Source: Longimicrobiales bacterium (GTDB lineage Bacteria > Gemmatimonadota > Gemmatimonadetes > Longimicrobiales > Gaopeijiaceae). From it: a DNA stretch of 64,000 nt. Below, one piece after another: positions 1 through 10,274 of this stretch; the first letter of the stretch is position 1; every line of letters starts with the position of its first letter. The notes below the pieces were generated by a model. The model did not search any database and was not told the origin of the DNA. It was given only the letters and a program-made list of their open reading frames with translations. Location: the NCBI GenBank assembly GCA_965218295.1, contig CBDCKN010000002.1, forward strand, positions 1 to 64,000, read 5' to 3'. Position numbers and translations under genes: made by a program.

Positions 1-741
1 TCGTCAGCGATCCGCAGGTAGAGCGTTCTGTCCAGCGTATTGTGCTTCGTGAGAAATGGCCGCGCTGCCGCGCCACCGTAGAGCGGCTGCAGAGCCGGGG
101 TCTCGACCTCGAGGAAGTCCGCCTCGTCCAGGAACGCCCGGAGCTCGGTGATGATATTCGCTCGGGTGCGGAACACGTCTCTCACGTCCGGGTTGACCGC
201 CAGGTCGGCATACCGCTGTCTGTAGCGGGTCTCTGTGTCGGCGAACCCCGCTGAAGGTCGTACGCTCGCCGGTCTCAGCATCGACCTCCGTCTTACCCAG
301 GGGGAGCGGCGTCAACGACTTCGCGAGGACCGTCCACTTCTGCACCTGGACCGTCGTCTCACCCGTCTGCGTCCGAAACAGGACGCCCTCTACCCCGATC
401 CAGTCGCCCAGGTCGAGCAGGTCCAGCGCCTCGAAGCTCTCGTCTCCCAGGACGTTCTTGCGAAAGTAGACCTGGATCTGGCCCGAGCGATCCTCGACGT
501 GTCCGAACGCGCTCTTCCCATGGCTCCGGTAGCTCATCATGCGGCCGGCCACGGCGACCCTGGTGCCTTGCCCTTGCTCGTTCAGCGAGCCCACGACCTC
601 CTCCTGCTCGAAGAGGCCCACGGCATCCCGGGCTAGATGGGATCGATCGTACATGTAGGCGTACGGCTCGAGGCCCTTCTCTCTCAGGGCGTCCAGCTTC
701 TCCCGGCGATGCCGGCGCACCTGACTGAGGTCTTCGCTCAC
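1..741 (-). CDS. lysS: Lysine--tRNA ligase (class II), N-terminal part; runs off the window edge; +1 frameshift at the C-run 246-249
   Basis: GTG at 741 after GGAG. OB-fold anticodon domain ([31 protein letters not shown]). Removing one G restores ...[21 protein letters not shown]...[21 protein letters not shown]...LYLRIADE, typical of LysS. Confidence 0.93.
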
Positions 742-754
742 GGTGTCTCCCGCT

Positions 755-1874
755 CTACTTCCCAGCGCCCTGCGAAGCGAACTGCTTGAGGTAGGCCTCG
801 ATGAACGGATCGAGATTCCCATCCATCACCTTGTTCACGTCGCCGATCTTCAGGTCGGTGCGGTGGTCATTCACCATCGTGTACGGCTGAAAGACGTACG
901 ATCGGATCTGATTGCCCCACCCGATGTCGGTCTTGGTGGCTTCCACGGCCGCCTTCTCCTGCTCCTGCTCCTCCAAAGCGCGCTCGTAGAGGGCGGCCTT
1001 CAGCATCTTCATGGCCGTCGCACGGTTCTTGTGCTGAGACCGCTCCTGCTGACAGGCAACGGCGATCCCGGTGGGCATATGCGTGATCCGGATGGCCGAG
1101 TCCGTCTTGTTGACGTGCTGCCCACCCGCTCCCGAAGCCCTGAACGTGTCGATCCGTAGATCGGACTCGTCGATGTCGATCTCGATCTCGTCGTCAACCA
1201 GAGGATATACGAACACGCTGGCGAAGGACGTGTGTCGCCTGGACTGGGCATCGAAGGGGGAGATGCGCACGAGCCGGTGGATGCCCTTCTCGGCCTTCAG
1301 GTACCCGTAGGCATGGTCCCCCGTGACCTCTAGGGTGGCGCTCTTGATGCCTGCCTCTTCCCCGGGCTGCAGATCGAGGACCTTCACCTCGTATTCATGG
1401 CTCTCGGCCCACCGCGAGTACATCCGCGTGAGCATCTCGGCCCAATCCTGCGATTCGAGACCGCCTGCACCGGGGTGGACCGTCAGGAGGGCGCCACGGT
1501 GGTCATCCGAGCCCTGCAGCATGGTGCGTAGCTCGAGAGCCTCGATGGGTCCTTGGAGTCCCTTTACCTCGGAGATCAGCTCGGCTTCGAGGTCCTCGTC
1601 CTCGTCCTCCTCCTCCTCGAGAAGCTCCCCGAGCTCTGCCAGCTCGGCGGCCTTGGCATCGAGCTCGTGCCACGGCCCAACCCAGCTCTTCAGCCGGTTG
1701 GATTCGGCTATAACCTCGCGGGCCTTCTCCTGATTATCCCAAAAGCCGGAAGCCGCCATCTCCTTGTCGAGCTCGGCAATGCGAGCGTCCTTGGCGACGA
1801 CGTCAAAGATACCCCCGGAGGTCGGAAATCCGGCCGCGGAGCCCTTCCAAGCGTTGCAGTGCTTCCCTGCTCAT
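755..1874 (-). CDS. prfB: Peptide chain release factor 2, decoded through a programmed +1 frameshift
   Basis: GGQ motif (GAGGQHVNKTDSA) and SPF tripeptide. A short upstream ORF from ATG 1874 (MSREALQRLEGLRGRISDLRGYL) ends in CTT TGA C. Confidence 0.97.
1802..1817 (-). promoter_or_regulatory. prfB +1 ribosomal frameshift site with internal Shine-Dalgarno-like element
   Basis: Minus strand reads CGG GGG TAT CTT TGA C, the canonical RF2 autoregulatory slippery site. Confidence 0.95.
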
Positions 1875-1998
1875 AATTGGGTGGTCCCGTCTGATATTGG
1901 GTTGGACGTACGAGAGGGGCCACCCGAAAGGGCGACCCCTCGACCGCGCAAAATATATTCGAGAGCCTCAGGGCCATTAACCGACGTGACCTTCGTGA

Positions 1999-2730
1999 TT
2001 ATCCCTCGACGTTGAACACGCTCTCACCGTCGGCGAGAAGCTCGTTGAGTGCGTCGTCGAAAAACCTGCCCTGCGCCAACACCTCTGGATCGACCTGCTC
2101 CCGGTAGTCCTTCCAAGACTTCTCGATCTCCTCACCGAACGCCTCAACCAGCGTTCCGGAAGCCAGGGCCTCCGTGTGCTTATCGGGGTTGTACGCGATC
2201 AGGTCGGAGACGAGGCTCCTGGCGAGGCTCCTGGCCTTGTCCTCCGGAGTCCGCTTTCCGAACTGGATGGCTCCCGGACTCGGTGCGACCTCTTCGGCCG
2301 GAGCCTCCTCCGCCGGAGCCTCGACATCGATCTCTCCGATATACTCCTCGGTGGTCTCGACCTCCAGGTCCGCGTCCGCAACGAGCCCTTCGTCCGTCTC
2401 CACAGGGGCGGAGTCGAAGGCCAACTCACGACCGCCGAACTCATCGGTCGTCTCCTGGGCGATGCCGCTGACTACCTTGGCGTCGGCGCCGAACGGGCTT
2501 CGCACCTCGGGTGGCACCTCCGTCTCCTCCGACTCGACGGGTGCCGCCGGCTCGGCGAAGGTCTCGGTGGGTTCAGCGAAGGTGGGCTCGGCGCCGGCCT
2601 GGTCGGGCTTGTCGACGTCGAAAATCTCGGGGCACGCACTGCATTGAGCTCTCACGCCGTCCGGGGGAATCTTGGCGGGGTCCACCGGAAACGATGTACT
2701 GCATGCCGGGCAGGAAACGGTGATGGTCAT
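1999..2730 (-). CDS. Zinc-ribbon (MJ0042-type finger) protein with acidic linker and helical C-terminal domain
   Basis: N-terminal CPAC...CSAC; E/P/A-rich linker; overlaps the upstream gene's stop. Confidence 0.75.
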   Translation of the reverse strand: MTITVSCPACSTSFPVDPAKIPPDGVRAQCSACPEIFDVDKPDQAGAEPTFAEPTETFAEPAAPVESEETEVPPEVRSPFGADAKVVSGIAQETTDEFGGRELAFDSAPVETDEGLVADADLEVETTEEYIGEIDVEAPAEEAPAEEVAPSPGAIQFGKRTPEDKARSLARSLVSDLIAYNPDKHTEALASGTLVEAFGEEIEKSWKDYREQVDPEVLAQGRFFDDALNELLADGESVFNVEG

Positions 2731-3683
2731 GACTCCTCAACTTCTTCCTTGAGCGGCCGCCGACGGTCTACAGCGTAGACGGATCCGGGCAGCGACTTCG
2801 TGTAGCTCTTCATCTCCGCAGCCAATTCGCTCACCTGAGCCGTGTGCGTGAAGGGCTGGATCTGGTTGGTTACGACCCCTATCGACAGCGTCATGAGGGG
2901 TACTCTACGGATACTACCGCGGCGGTCCTTTCTAAGGAAGTAACCGGCCCGTCGATCTTCCGGCGTGTACTGGTACGGGATCAGCTCATCGAAGAGATAA
3001 ATGATCTCGTCACAGCAACGCTCCAGGTACTCCACGTTGACGATGCAGATGAAGTCGTCGCCGCCGATGTGCCCCACGAAGCCACCTGGCGCCAACCCCC
3101 GAACCACGTCGCGCAGGATGCGGGACAGCAGGAGAATGACGTGGTCGCCGTGGTTGTACCCGTAGCGATCGTTGAATTCCTTGAAGTTGTCCAGGTCGGC
3201 GTAGCAGACCGCGAATTCCTCTCCATTGACGAGGCGCTCGCCGATGTCCCGCTCGATCTGTACGGTCCCCGGAAGACGGGTGGTCGGGTGCACGGCCACA
3301 TCTCGCTGGGCCCGCCGCACCACCGACTCGAACCGCAGACCCTGCTCCCTATCCGAGCCGGTCTGGGAAACGACCTCGTCGGCGCCCGCAGCCAGACAAT
3401 CCGCGGCGAGCTCGCTCTCGTCGGAAGGGATGAGAATGATGACCGGGACGATGGCCGTGAAGGTATCTCCCTTCACCTGCGTGCACAGCTCGAGCATCGG
3501 CTCGGGATTCTCGCCGCCGTCGAGCACGAGGCACGACGGGAACGATCGGTTCAGCAGCGCGTGGACGCCCGCGGCCCCATGCACCACCTCGAGATTATAG
3601 TCGTGCTCGGAGCAGAACCGGGTCAGGAGATCCGGCCCCCCATCTGAGCTCGATCCTGAATAGACGATCGTCCGTGCGGCCAT
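2727..3683 (-). CDS. Receiver-like plus GGDEF diguanylate cyclase domain protein
   Basis: DLDNFKEFNDRYGYNHGD and HIGGDDF motifs; degenerate REC-like N-terminus. Confidence 0.88.
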   Translation of the reverse strand: MAARTIVYSGSSSDGGPDLLTRFCSEHDYNLEVVHGAAGVHALLNRSFPSCLVLDGGENPEPMLELCTQVKGDTFTAIVPVIILIPSDESELAADCLAAGADEVVSQTGSDREQGLRFESVVRRAQRDVAVHPTTRLPGTVQIERDIGERLVNGEEFAVCYADLDNFKEFNDRYGYNHGDHVILLLSRILRDVVRGLAPGGFVGHIGGDDFICIVNVEYLERCCDEIIYLFDELIPYQYTPEDRRAGYFLRKDRRGSIRRVPLMTLSIGVVTNQIQPFTHTAQVSELAAEMKSYTKSLPGSVYAVDRRRPLKEEVEES

Positions 3684-3756
3684 GCCACCTTGGAATCCAA
3701 AGGAGTTGAGGCTTTTCGAGCTTACTTCCGGCGATTGACGCTTGTCAACGACGGTC

Positions 3757-3801
3757 TAGCGGCACTCTCGGTGGCTCGCGAACTTCTGGGACACTACACT
3801 A
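3757..3801. repeat. MITE-like repeat, partial copy; supplies the rnr TAG stop
   Basis: Reverse complement TAGTGTAGTGTCCCAGAAGTTCGCGAGCCACCGAGAGTGCC is nearly identical to 15646-15685. Confidence 0.75.
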
Positions 3802-5913
3802 GCGAGAATCCACCAGCACGAAGTCGATGAACCGCTCCTCCTTGTCGATCCGGGATACCCGGACGGCCAGCCGATCTCCAAGCCGGAAGCTCCGGCGGGA
3901 GCGCTCCCCAACCAGGCGGTAACTGCTTTGCTGGAATGCGTAGTAGTCGTCGATCATGCTATTTACGTGAACGAGTCCCTCGACGAACACCTCGTCCAAC
4001 AGCACGAAGAGACCGAACGAGGTCACTCCAGAGATCGTACCTGTGAACTCGTCACCCATGTGTCGCTCCATATACTCGACCTTCTTCAGATCGACGCTCT
4101 CCCGCTCGGCCGCTTCGGCCACCCTCTCCCGGACGCTGCAGTGCTCGGCCTTCCCCTCCAGCTCCTCTCCACCCCACACTTCCGGGATCGGTTCATCCTG
4201 GGAGGCCAGGGCCAGAACCCGATGCAGCCATAGGTCCGGGTAGCGCCGAATGGGTGACGTGAAGTGCGTGTAGTGGCTCGCCGCCAACCCGAAATGGCCC
4301 AGATCCCGGGGACCGTACCGGGCTCGACTCATGGCGCGTAGCACTACCCTCGATACGAGTCGACCCTCAGGCCTTCCCTGAACCTTCCTGAGCACCGTCT
4401 GCAGCTCCTTCGGGCCCAACTCGCCCCGGGATGTCTTGAGTCCGAGCCTGGTCAAGAACGACTTCAGCTCGAGCATCTTGTCCCTCGGGGGCGGCTCGTG
4501 GACCCGGTACAAAACGGGGAGCCGGGCGTCTTCGGCCTTACGGGCGACGCTTTCATTGGCCAGCAGCATGAAGTCCTCTACCAGGCGATGGCTCGCGAGA
4601 CGTTCCACCCGCTGGATCTCTAAGGGCCGACCCATCTCTCCCAACACCACCCGTGCCTCCGGTAGATCGAAGTCCAGCGATCCCCGCTCCTCCCGCCGGT
4701 CCCGGAGCGCCCGGGCGAGCCGTGCCAGCTCTGCCAATGCCTCATCGGTCGTTGGATCGATGGAGAGCGTGCCGTCCAGAACGGATTGCGCCTCTTCGTA
4801 GCTGAGCTTGTGCCGACTCCGAACGCAGGTCCGCTCAAGTCGGGCGTCTCGCACGACACCCGAGTCGTCTACGGTTGTGAAGAGGGACAGCGCGAAGCGA
4901 TCGACGTCCGGCAGCAGCGAGCACGCGTCGGTGGACAGGGCGTGGGGCAGCATCGGGATGACCCGATCGACCAGATAGACACTGGTTGCTCGCTTGAGGG
5001 CCTCGAGATCGACGGGATCACCGGCCTGGACGAAGTGCGAGACGTCGGCGATGTGAATGCCGACCTCCGTGGAGCCTTCGTCCAGACGCCGGATGGAGAG
5101 TGCGTCGTCGTGGTCCTTCGCGTCGGCCGGATCGATGGTGAAGGCATGAAGGTCCGTTCGGTCGATCCGTCCCTCTCCGGGATCCGCGCGCCGGCGAGCG
5201 ACGGCGTCGTCCGCGTACTGCTCCACCTCGTAGGGGAACTCCATCGGTAGCCCGTGGCCGTGGATCACGGCAAGGATGTCCACCCCGGGGTCGCCGGCGT
5301 TGCCCAGGACCGTCTCGATCGTACCCGTGGGATTCATCTTGCCGCTTCCGAAGGTCGTGATCCGTACCACTACCACGTCTCCGTCGGTGGCCGCGCCTTC
5401 GTCACCCTGCACGACGAGGACCTCTCTCTGGATCTTGCGATTCTGAGGGCGAACGATTCCGAAGGAGCGGGTGGGCCGATACGTGCCGACCAGAGTCTCG
5501 TGGGCCCTCTCCAAGACCTTGATGACCCGTCCGACCGGGCTGCGCCCACGCGGACGCCCCTCCACCCGGATCACAACCTGGTCTCCGTCCATGGCGGACT
5601 CCAGGGACAGCCCAGGCACGAACAGCTCTTGGCCACCCGAGTCCGGTTTGACGAAGCCGTCTCCCTTGGAGGTGAGGGCGACACGCCCCACCACCAGGTT
5701 GATCCTCTCGGGCACGGCAAAGCGCTGGCCCTTTACTCGGTAGAGCCGGCCCCGGTCGACCATCTCCAGAAGGAGGTCCCGGAAGGCCCGATGATCCCCG
5801 GTCGGCACGGAGAGTGCCTTCGCGAGTTCCTTGGCCTTCAGTGGGCCCTTACGGGACTCGCTGAGATGCTGAAGTACTGCTTCCTCGCTCGGGAGCTTGG
5901 GGCGCCGAACCAC
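3799..5913 (-). CDS. rnr: Ribonuclease R
   Basis: N-terminal HTH, cold-shock domains, RNB motif TIDPADAKDHDDA, YTHFTSPIRRYPD, C-terminal S1. Probable GTG start at 5913. Confidence 0.95.
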   Translation of the reverse strand: MVRRPKLPSEEAVLQHLSESRKGPLKAKELAKALSVPTGDHRAFRDLLLEMVDRGRLYRVKGQRFAVPERINLVVGRVALTSKGDGFVKPDSGGQELFVPGLSLESAMDGDQVVIRVEGRPRGRSPVGRVIKVLERAHETLVGTYRPTRSFGIVRPQNRKIQREVLVVQGDEGAATDGDVVVVRITTFGSGKMNPTGTIETVLGNAGDPGVDILAVIHGHGLPMEFPYEVEQYADDAVARRRADPGEGRIDRTDLHAFTIDPADAKDHDDALSIRRLDEGSTEVGIHIADVSHFVQAGDPVDLEALKRATSVYLVDRVIPMLPHALSTDACSLLPDVDRFALSLFTTVDDSGVVRDARLERTCVRSRHKLSYEEAQSVLDGTLSIDPTTDEALAELARLARALRDRREERGSLDFDLPEARVVLGEMGRPLEIQRVERLASHRLVEDFMLLANESVARKAEDARLPVLYRVHEPPPRDKMLELKSFLTRLGLKTSRGELGPKELQTVLRKVQGRPEGRLVSRVVLRAMSRARYGPRDLGHFGLAASHYTHFTSPIRRYPDLWLHRVLALASQDEPIPEVWGGEELEGKAEHCSVRERVAEAAERESVDLKKVEYMERHMGDEFTGTISGVTSFGLFVLLDEVFVEGLVHVNSMIDDYYAFQQSSYRLVGERSRRSFRLGDRLAVRVSRIDKEERFIDFVLVDSR

Positions 5914-5914
5914 G

Positions 5915-6976
5915 TCAGCGTCGCACCTGGAGGACGAGCTGGAACCCCCCTGCACTCTGGTCACGGGAGAGGCGGAGCCGGGCCATGCTTCTCTCGCCAG
6001 CGGCTGCACGCACTCGGGCCGTGATGAACCCGTCCACACCGCTGAGCAGGTGATTCGCGATCACGACCCCCACGAACTGGGAGGCACGCCTGAAGTCCTC
6101 ATCGCTCGACTCGATGAGATCTCGGTATTCCTCCCGTTCCCCCGGCCTACCCACCCAGGTCCACTCGAAGCGCTCGTCGTACCCCTCCGCCCCGTAGAAG
6201 GCCAGTGCGTCGTCGTATGCCGGATCCCCCGGCATGGGATTGGTGCCGGGCGCGAAGAAGATCTGCATGGCGAGCGCCCACGTCCTTCCGTTGAACGTCG
6301 AGGCGTCGGTCTGCGGCTGAACTCCGGATGCAGAGGGATCGAGATCGAACCCCCCCGAGCTCTCGAACTTCTCCAGGGCCTCGTAGTAGGCGAAGTCACC
6401 GTCGATGCGAGGCCCCGCAAAGGTCCTCGCGGCATCCCATGCCAACGTCTGATAGCGGTCCCTCCGGTTCAGCGCCGACGTCCGTGCCCGGCCGAAGGCG
6501 ACCCACGAGGCTCCCTCCAGGATCAAGTAGGCGATCCAACGCCGCTGGCCCATCTTCCACTGGCTGGCCCCGGGAAGCAGAGCAGAGTAGAGGAAGGCCC
6601 GCCCGGGCCCGAGCAGCGCCTCATCACTCTGGACGTCGGCATGCTCACGCCGGAGCGGAGCGGGATCCTTCAGGATCCCGCCGGTGTCGTGCGACGCGCA
6701 GCTCCGGATCGGAAGGGAGAGCGCGAGCTGATCTTCCATCGTCGGGCAGGCCGGAGGCCACTGGGCCTCGCCGGGCTCCGGCATCAGCGCGAGTATCCCG
6801 CTGATAGCGGCGATCCCGACCACCAGACGGCCCCCACCCGGGGCCAGCCGTCTAGAAGACGATGCCAAAGGAGACGTGAACCGGTTCGCTTTCTCCGGTG
6901 ATGGAGCCTGCAAGGTTCTTTGCCAAGCCCAGTTCGAAGCGCTCATAACGCAGGCCCACGCCGATGGCCATCCCAT
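5915..6976 (-). CDS. Hypothetical exported or membrane protein; true start probably near 6850
   Basis: Signal-like hydrophobic stretch, SALLPGASQ membrane motif, C-terminal beta-strand-like end; fills the gap in the operon. Confidence 0.6.
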   Translation of the reverse strand: MGWPSAWACVMSASNWAWQRTLQAPSPEKANRFTSPLASSSRRLAPGGGRLVVGIAAISGILALMPEPGEAQWPPACPTMEDQLALSLPIRSCASHDTGGILKDPAPLRREHADVQSDEALLGPGRAFLYSALLPGASQWKMGQRRWIAYLILEGASWVAFGRARTSALNRRDRYQTLAWDAARTFAGPRIDGDFAYYEALEKFESSGGFDLDPSASGVQPQTDASTFNGRTWALAMQIFFAPGTNPMPGDPAYDDALAFYGAEGYDERFEWTWVGRPGEREEYRDLIESSDEDFRRASQFVGVVIANHLLSGVDGFITARVRAAAGERSMARLRLSRDQSAGGFQLVLQVRR

Positions 6977-7832
6977 CCGCCTGGCCTACCTCGCCCTGAA
7001 CGTAGCCCGAGCGAACGTATATGACATCCCCTCGTCCGGCCGCAAGCTCGGTGCCCACGTAATACGACGTCGCATCCCCGGGGTCCCGCCACCGATCCTC
7101 GACTTCGAGGCGTACCCAGAGATTGATGTCGTCCGTATCGACGAAGTGCGTAAGGAAATCGTACGCCGCCGAGACCCGGATCCGCGAAGGCAGCGGATCC
7201 GCCTGCTCCGCGTTCACTACCTGGAAGTCGGGACCCAGGTGTGCCAGCATGGCTCCCAGACGAAGGGGAAGCCCGCCGAGGGGCTCGGATTGAAGACCGG
7301 CATCCATGGCCCAACCGGTCGATCGGACGCCGGCGCCGTCACACTGCCCCGTGCAGCTCAGGTTGAACTGTACGACCTTGAAGTTGAAGCCGACATCCAG
7401 CCAGCCGGTCAGGCGAGTGGCGAGGGAGACGATGCCCACGTGGCTCCGCACGCTGATCGCTCCACGGACGTTGCCCTCGACGTCGGTGAGATCTTGCTCG
7501 CCCTCGTCGAGGAGCTCATAGGAGAGTCCAACCACACCGATCGGCTGCCTGACCATCAGTCCCGAGAGCGCGGTTCCCTCTCCGACCAGATGGTCGCCCC
7601 TCATGATCACCAGCTGGCTCTTCTCCATGCTGGCCAGCCCGGCGGGGTTCCAAAAAGCGGACTCGGGACTGGGCACCGCGGTCATGGCTCTCCCTAGAGC
7701 AACGCCCTGCGCACCGACCGGGAGTAGCAGGAACAGAGCCCCCTCCGTGGATCCGGGCTCGGAAGCCTGGCCGTGGAGCCCCAGTGGGAGCACTAGAACG
7801 AGCCCCAGTGCGAGCAGGACGGCGATCGGCAC
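6852..7832 (-). CDS. PorV/PorQ-family outer-membrane beta-barrel
   Basis: Signal peptide, FLLLPVGAQGVALG and FWNPAGLA motifs, C-terminal Phe. Confidence 0.75.
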   Translation of the reverse strand: MPIAVLLALGLVLVLPLGLHGQASEPGSTEGALFLLLPVGAQGVALGRAMTAVPSPESAFWNPAGLASMEKSQLVIMRGDHLVGEGTALSGLMVRQPIGVVGLSYELLDEGEQDLTDVEGNVRGAISVRSHVGIVSLATRLTGWLDVGFNFKVVQFNLSCTGQCDGAGVRSTGWAMDAGLQSEPLGGLPLRLGAMLAHLGPDFQVVNAEQADPLPSRIRVSAAYDFLTHFVDTDDINLWVRLEVEDRWRDPGDATSYYVGTELAAGRGDVIYVRSGYVQGEVGQADGMAIGVGLRYERFELGLAKNLAGSITGESEPVHVSFGIVF

Positions 7833-7833
7833 C

Positions 7834-8784
7834 TCAGGTCGTCTGCGCACTCTCGTGGTCCTCCGCTGGGACGCGAAGGCCCAGGTGGCCAAGGTGCTGA
7901 CGCTTTCTGCGCCAGTTGGGTAACACCTTGATCCACAGGTCGAGATAGACGGGACGATCGATGAACTCCTGGATTTTTTCGCGGGAGGCGCGGCCCAGCT
8001 CGCGGATTGCCCTTCCCTTCTCTCCAACAAGAATACGCTTCTGCGAGTTCCGCTCCGTGAAGAGGTTGGCTTGAATGTATACCGGATCCTGATCCTCGCG
8101 GAATTCCTGCACGACGGCGAAGACCGAGTACGGGACCTCCTCTCTGAACTGCTCGAAGACCGTCTCTCGGATGAACTCCGCGACGAAGAAGCGGACTGGA
8201 GCGGAGGCGATATCGTCCACCGAATACAGAAACGGGCCTTCGGGCAGCGCCTCAGTCAGCTCCACCCACAGCTCGTCGAGGCCTCGGTCCAGCAGGGCCG
8301 AGATCCCTCGCGCCTCCGCGCCCAGCTCGGTTTCGGCCCACTGGGCGGCCACCGCGATATCCTCTGGACTGGCTTCGTCGATCTTGTTGATCACGACGAA
8401 GACGGGAGCGGACGACAGTGCGAGTGCCTCCTCGATGCCGGCCTTCTCCCTGTCGTGGAGCGGGTCCGTCGCGTCCACGAGCAACACGATGACATCCGCT
8501 TCGCGAATCACCTCGAGGGCTTCTTCGAGCATGCCTCTCTGGAGGAGGTCCTTAGCGAGGAGGAGGCCGGGGGTGTCCAGGAACACCCCTTGCGTGGTCT
8601 CGGTGGTCCGAATCCCCGTCACGCGCTGCCACGTCGTCTGCGCCTTGGACGTCACGATGCTCAGCTTCTGCCCGATGAGCCGATTCATCAGCGTCGACTT
8701 CCCGGCGTTGGGACGCCCCACCAAGGCGATGTAGCCAGCGCGGGTGTCGCCAGTGGTTTCTTCCGTCGTTGGCTCGAGACTCAT
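7834..8784 (-). CDS. era: GTPase Era
   Basis: GRPNAGKST, DTPG, NKID and a KH domain (SQKRILVGEKG). Confidence 0.97.
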   Translation of the reverse strand: MSLEPTTEETTGDTRAGYIALVGRPNAGKSTLMNRLIGQKLSIVTSKAQTTWQRVTGIRTTETTQGVFLDTPGLLLAKDLLQRGMLEEALEVIREADVIVLLVDATDPLHDREKAGIEEALALSSAPVFVVINKIDEASPEDIAVAAQWAETELGAEARGISALLDRGLDELWVELTEALPEGPFLYSVDDIASAPVRFFVAEFIRETVFEQFREEVPYSVFAVVQEFREDQDPVYIQANLFTERNSQKRILVGEKGRAIRELGRASREKIQEFIDRPVYLDLWIKVLPNWRRKRQHLGHLGLRVPAEDHESAQTT

Positions 8785-8933
8785 CGAGGAAAGATGACAC
8801 AGGACGGAGGTCTAGGGAACGTCAGCTGGCCGCCACCCCCCGCTTCACCGAGCATGGACTGGCATCACGTAACACGTTGCCAATGAAGGTTTTGACATCG
8901 CCTATTTCATGTTTTCTTAAAGGTCTTCGCCGC

Positions 8934-9016
8934 GCCTGGTGACATAGGCGCACGGCGGTCGCCGACCGCCGTGCGGGACGCCGTACACCGCATGGGAGAG
9001 TACGGCGTCGCCACAG
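8934..9016 (+). ncRNA. Candidate structured RNA resembling a shortened 5S rRNA
   Basis: 19/20 identity to the 3' end of this operon's 5S, similar 5' end, 12-bp and 10-bp hairpins; TTGACA at 8892-8897 upstream. Confidence 0.35.
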
Positions 9017-9034
9017 TCGTAGGTAAGCGCAACC

Positions 9035-9071
9035 AAAAGGCCCACACCCCCCCCCGGAAGGGATGTGGGCC
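9035..9071 (-). terminator. Intrinsic terminator of the rRNA operon
   Basis: GGCCCACA...TGTGGGCC hairpin followed by TTTT on the minus strand, just after 5S. Confidence 0.8.
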
Positions 9072-9079
9072 CATAGGAA

Positions 9080-9195
9080 GCCGGCGACGACGTACTCTCC
9101 CACCGGGTCTCCCCAGCAGTACCATCCGCGCGGCAGGGCTTAACGGCCGTGTTCGAGATGGGAACGGGTGTATCCCCTGCGCAATAGCCACCAGC
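9080..9195 (-). rRNA. rrf: 5S rRNA
   Basis: GCTGGTGGCTATTGCGC...CCCATCTCGAACAC...GATGGTACT...GGGAGAGTACGTCGTCGCCGGC. Confidence 0.97.
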
Positions 9196-9202
9196 GTAAT
9201 AC

Positions 9203-9272
9203 TTCAGGGTAGAGAGAGAATCCGTAGAGACCTCTGGATCGTTGTCCGAGGGTGTGTTGGTTTGGGGTGAGG
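9203..9272 (-). other. 3' arm of the 23S precursor processing stem; pairs with about 13487-13563
   Basis: CAGGGTAGAGAGAGAA..GTAGAGACCT..GAGGGTGTGTTGGTTTGGGGTGAGG is complementary to CCTCACCTCAAACC..CACACC..AGGTCTCTAC..TTCTCTCTCTACCCTG in the spacer. Confidence 0.75.
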
Positions 9273-9436
9273 AAATGGATTGAACCCTTGAAAGGAGGGG
9301 AACTGGTCAAGCCTCTCGGGCTATTAGTACGGCTCGGCTACACATGTCACCACGCTTCCACCTGCCGCCTATCAACGTGCTAGTCTCGCACGGCCCTTCT
9401 GAGAACTTACGTTCTGGGAGTGCTCATCTTGGAGGA

Positions 9437-9469
<33 letters not shown>

Positions 9470-9637
9470 TTTCCCGACGTCGCTACCCGGCGATGCTCCT
9501 GGCGGAGCAACCGGTACACGAGGGGTCAGTCCATCCCGGTCCTCTCGTACTAGGGACGGCTCTCCTCAACACTCCTACGCCCACGACGGATACAGACCGA
9601 ACTGTCTCACGACGTTCTAAACCCAGCTCATGTACCG

Positions 9638-9671
<34 letters not shown>

Positions 9672-9747
9672 TCTCCAGCCCCAGGATGCGATAAGCCGAC
9701 ATCGAGGTGCCAAACCGCCCCGTCGATGTGAACTCTCGGGGGCGATA

Positions 9748-9820
<73 letters not shown>

Positions 9821-9905
9821 GCCTACTTTCGTACCTGCTCGATCCGTCGATCTCGCAGTCAAGCTCCCTTCTGCCTTTACACTCTTCGCGCGATTGCCGA
9901 CCGCG

Positions 9906-9939
<34 letters not shown>

Positions 9940-9940
9940 G

Positions 9941-9973
<33 letters not shown>

Positions 9974-10227
9974 CCACGGTCCCCGAGGAGGATTCACTCC
10001 CCTGGGTTAGAGCCTCAACACTGTAAGGGTGGTATTTCACCGGTGGCTCCCCGAAGCCTAGCGACTCCGGTTCATAGCCTCCCACCTATTCTACACGTGC
10101 AAAGCCAAGACCCAATGGCAGGTTGTAGTAAAGGTGCACGGGGTCTTTTTGTCCTGTCGCGGGTACTCGGTATCCTCACCGAGACTCCAATTTCGCCGAG
10201 CTTGCGGAGGAGACAGCGCCCAAATCG

Positions 10228-10274
<47 letters not shown>

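Noticed and set aside
1802..1817. prfB frameshift as an error or novelty
   Set aside because: Textbook programmed CTT-TGA-C site.
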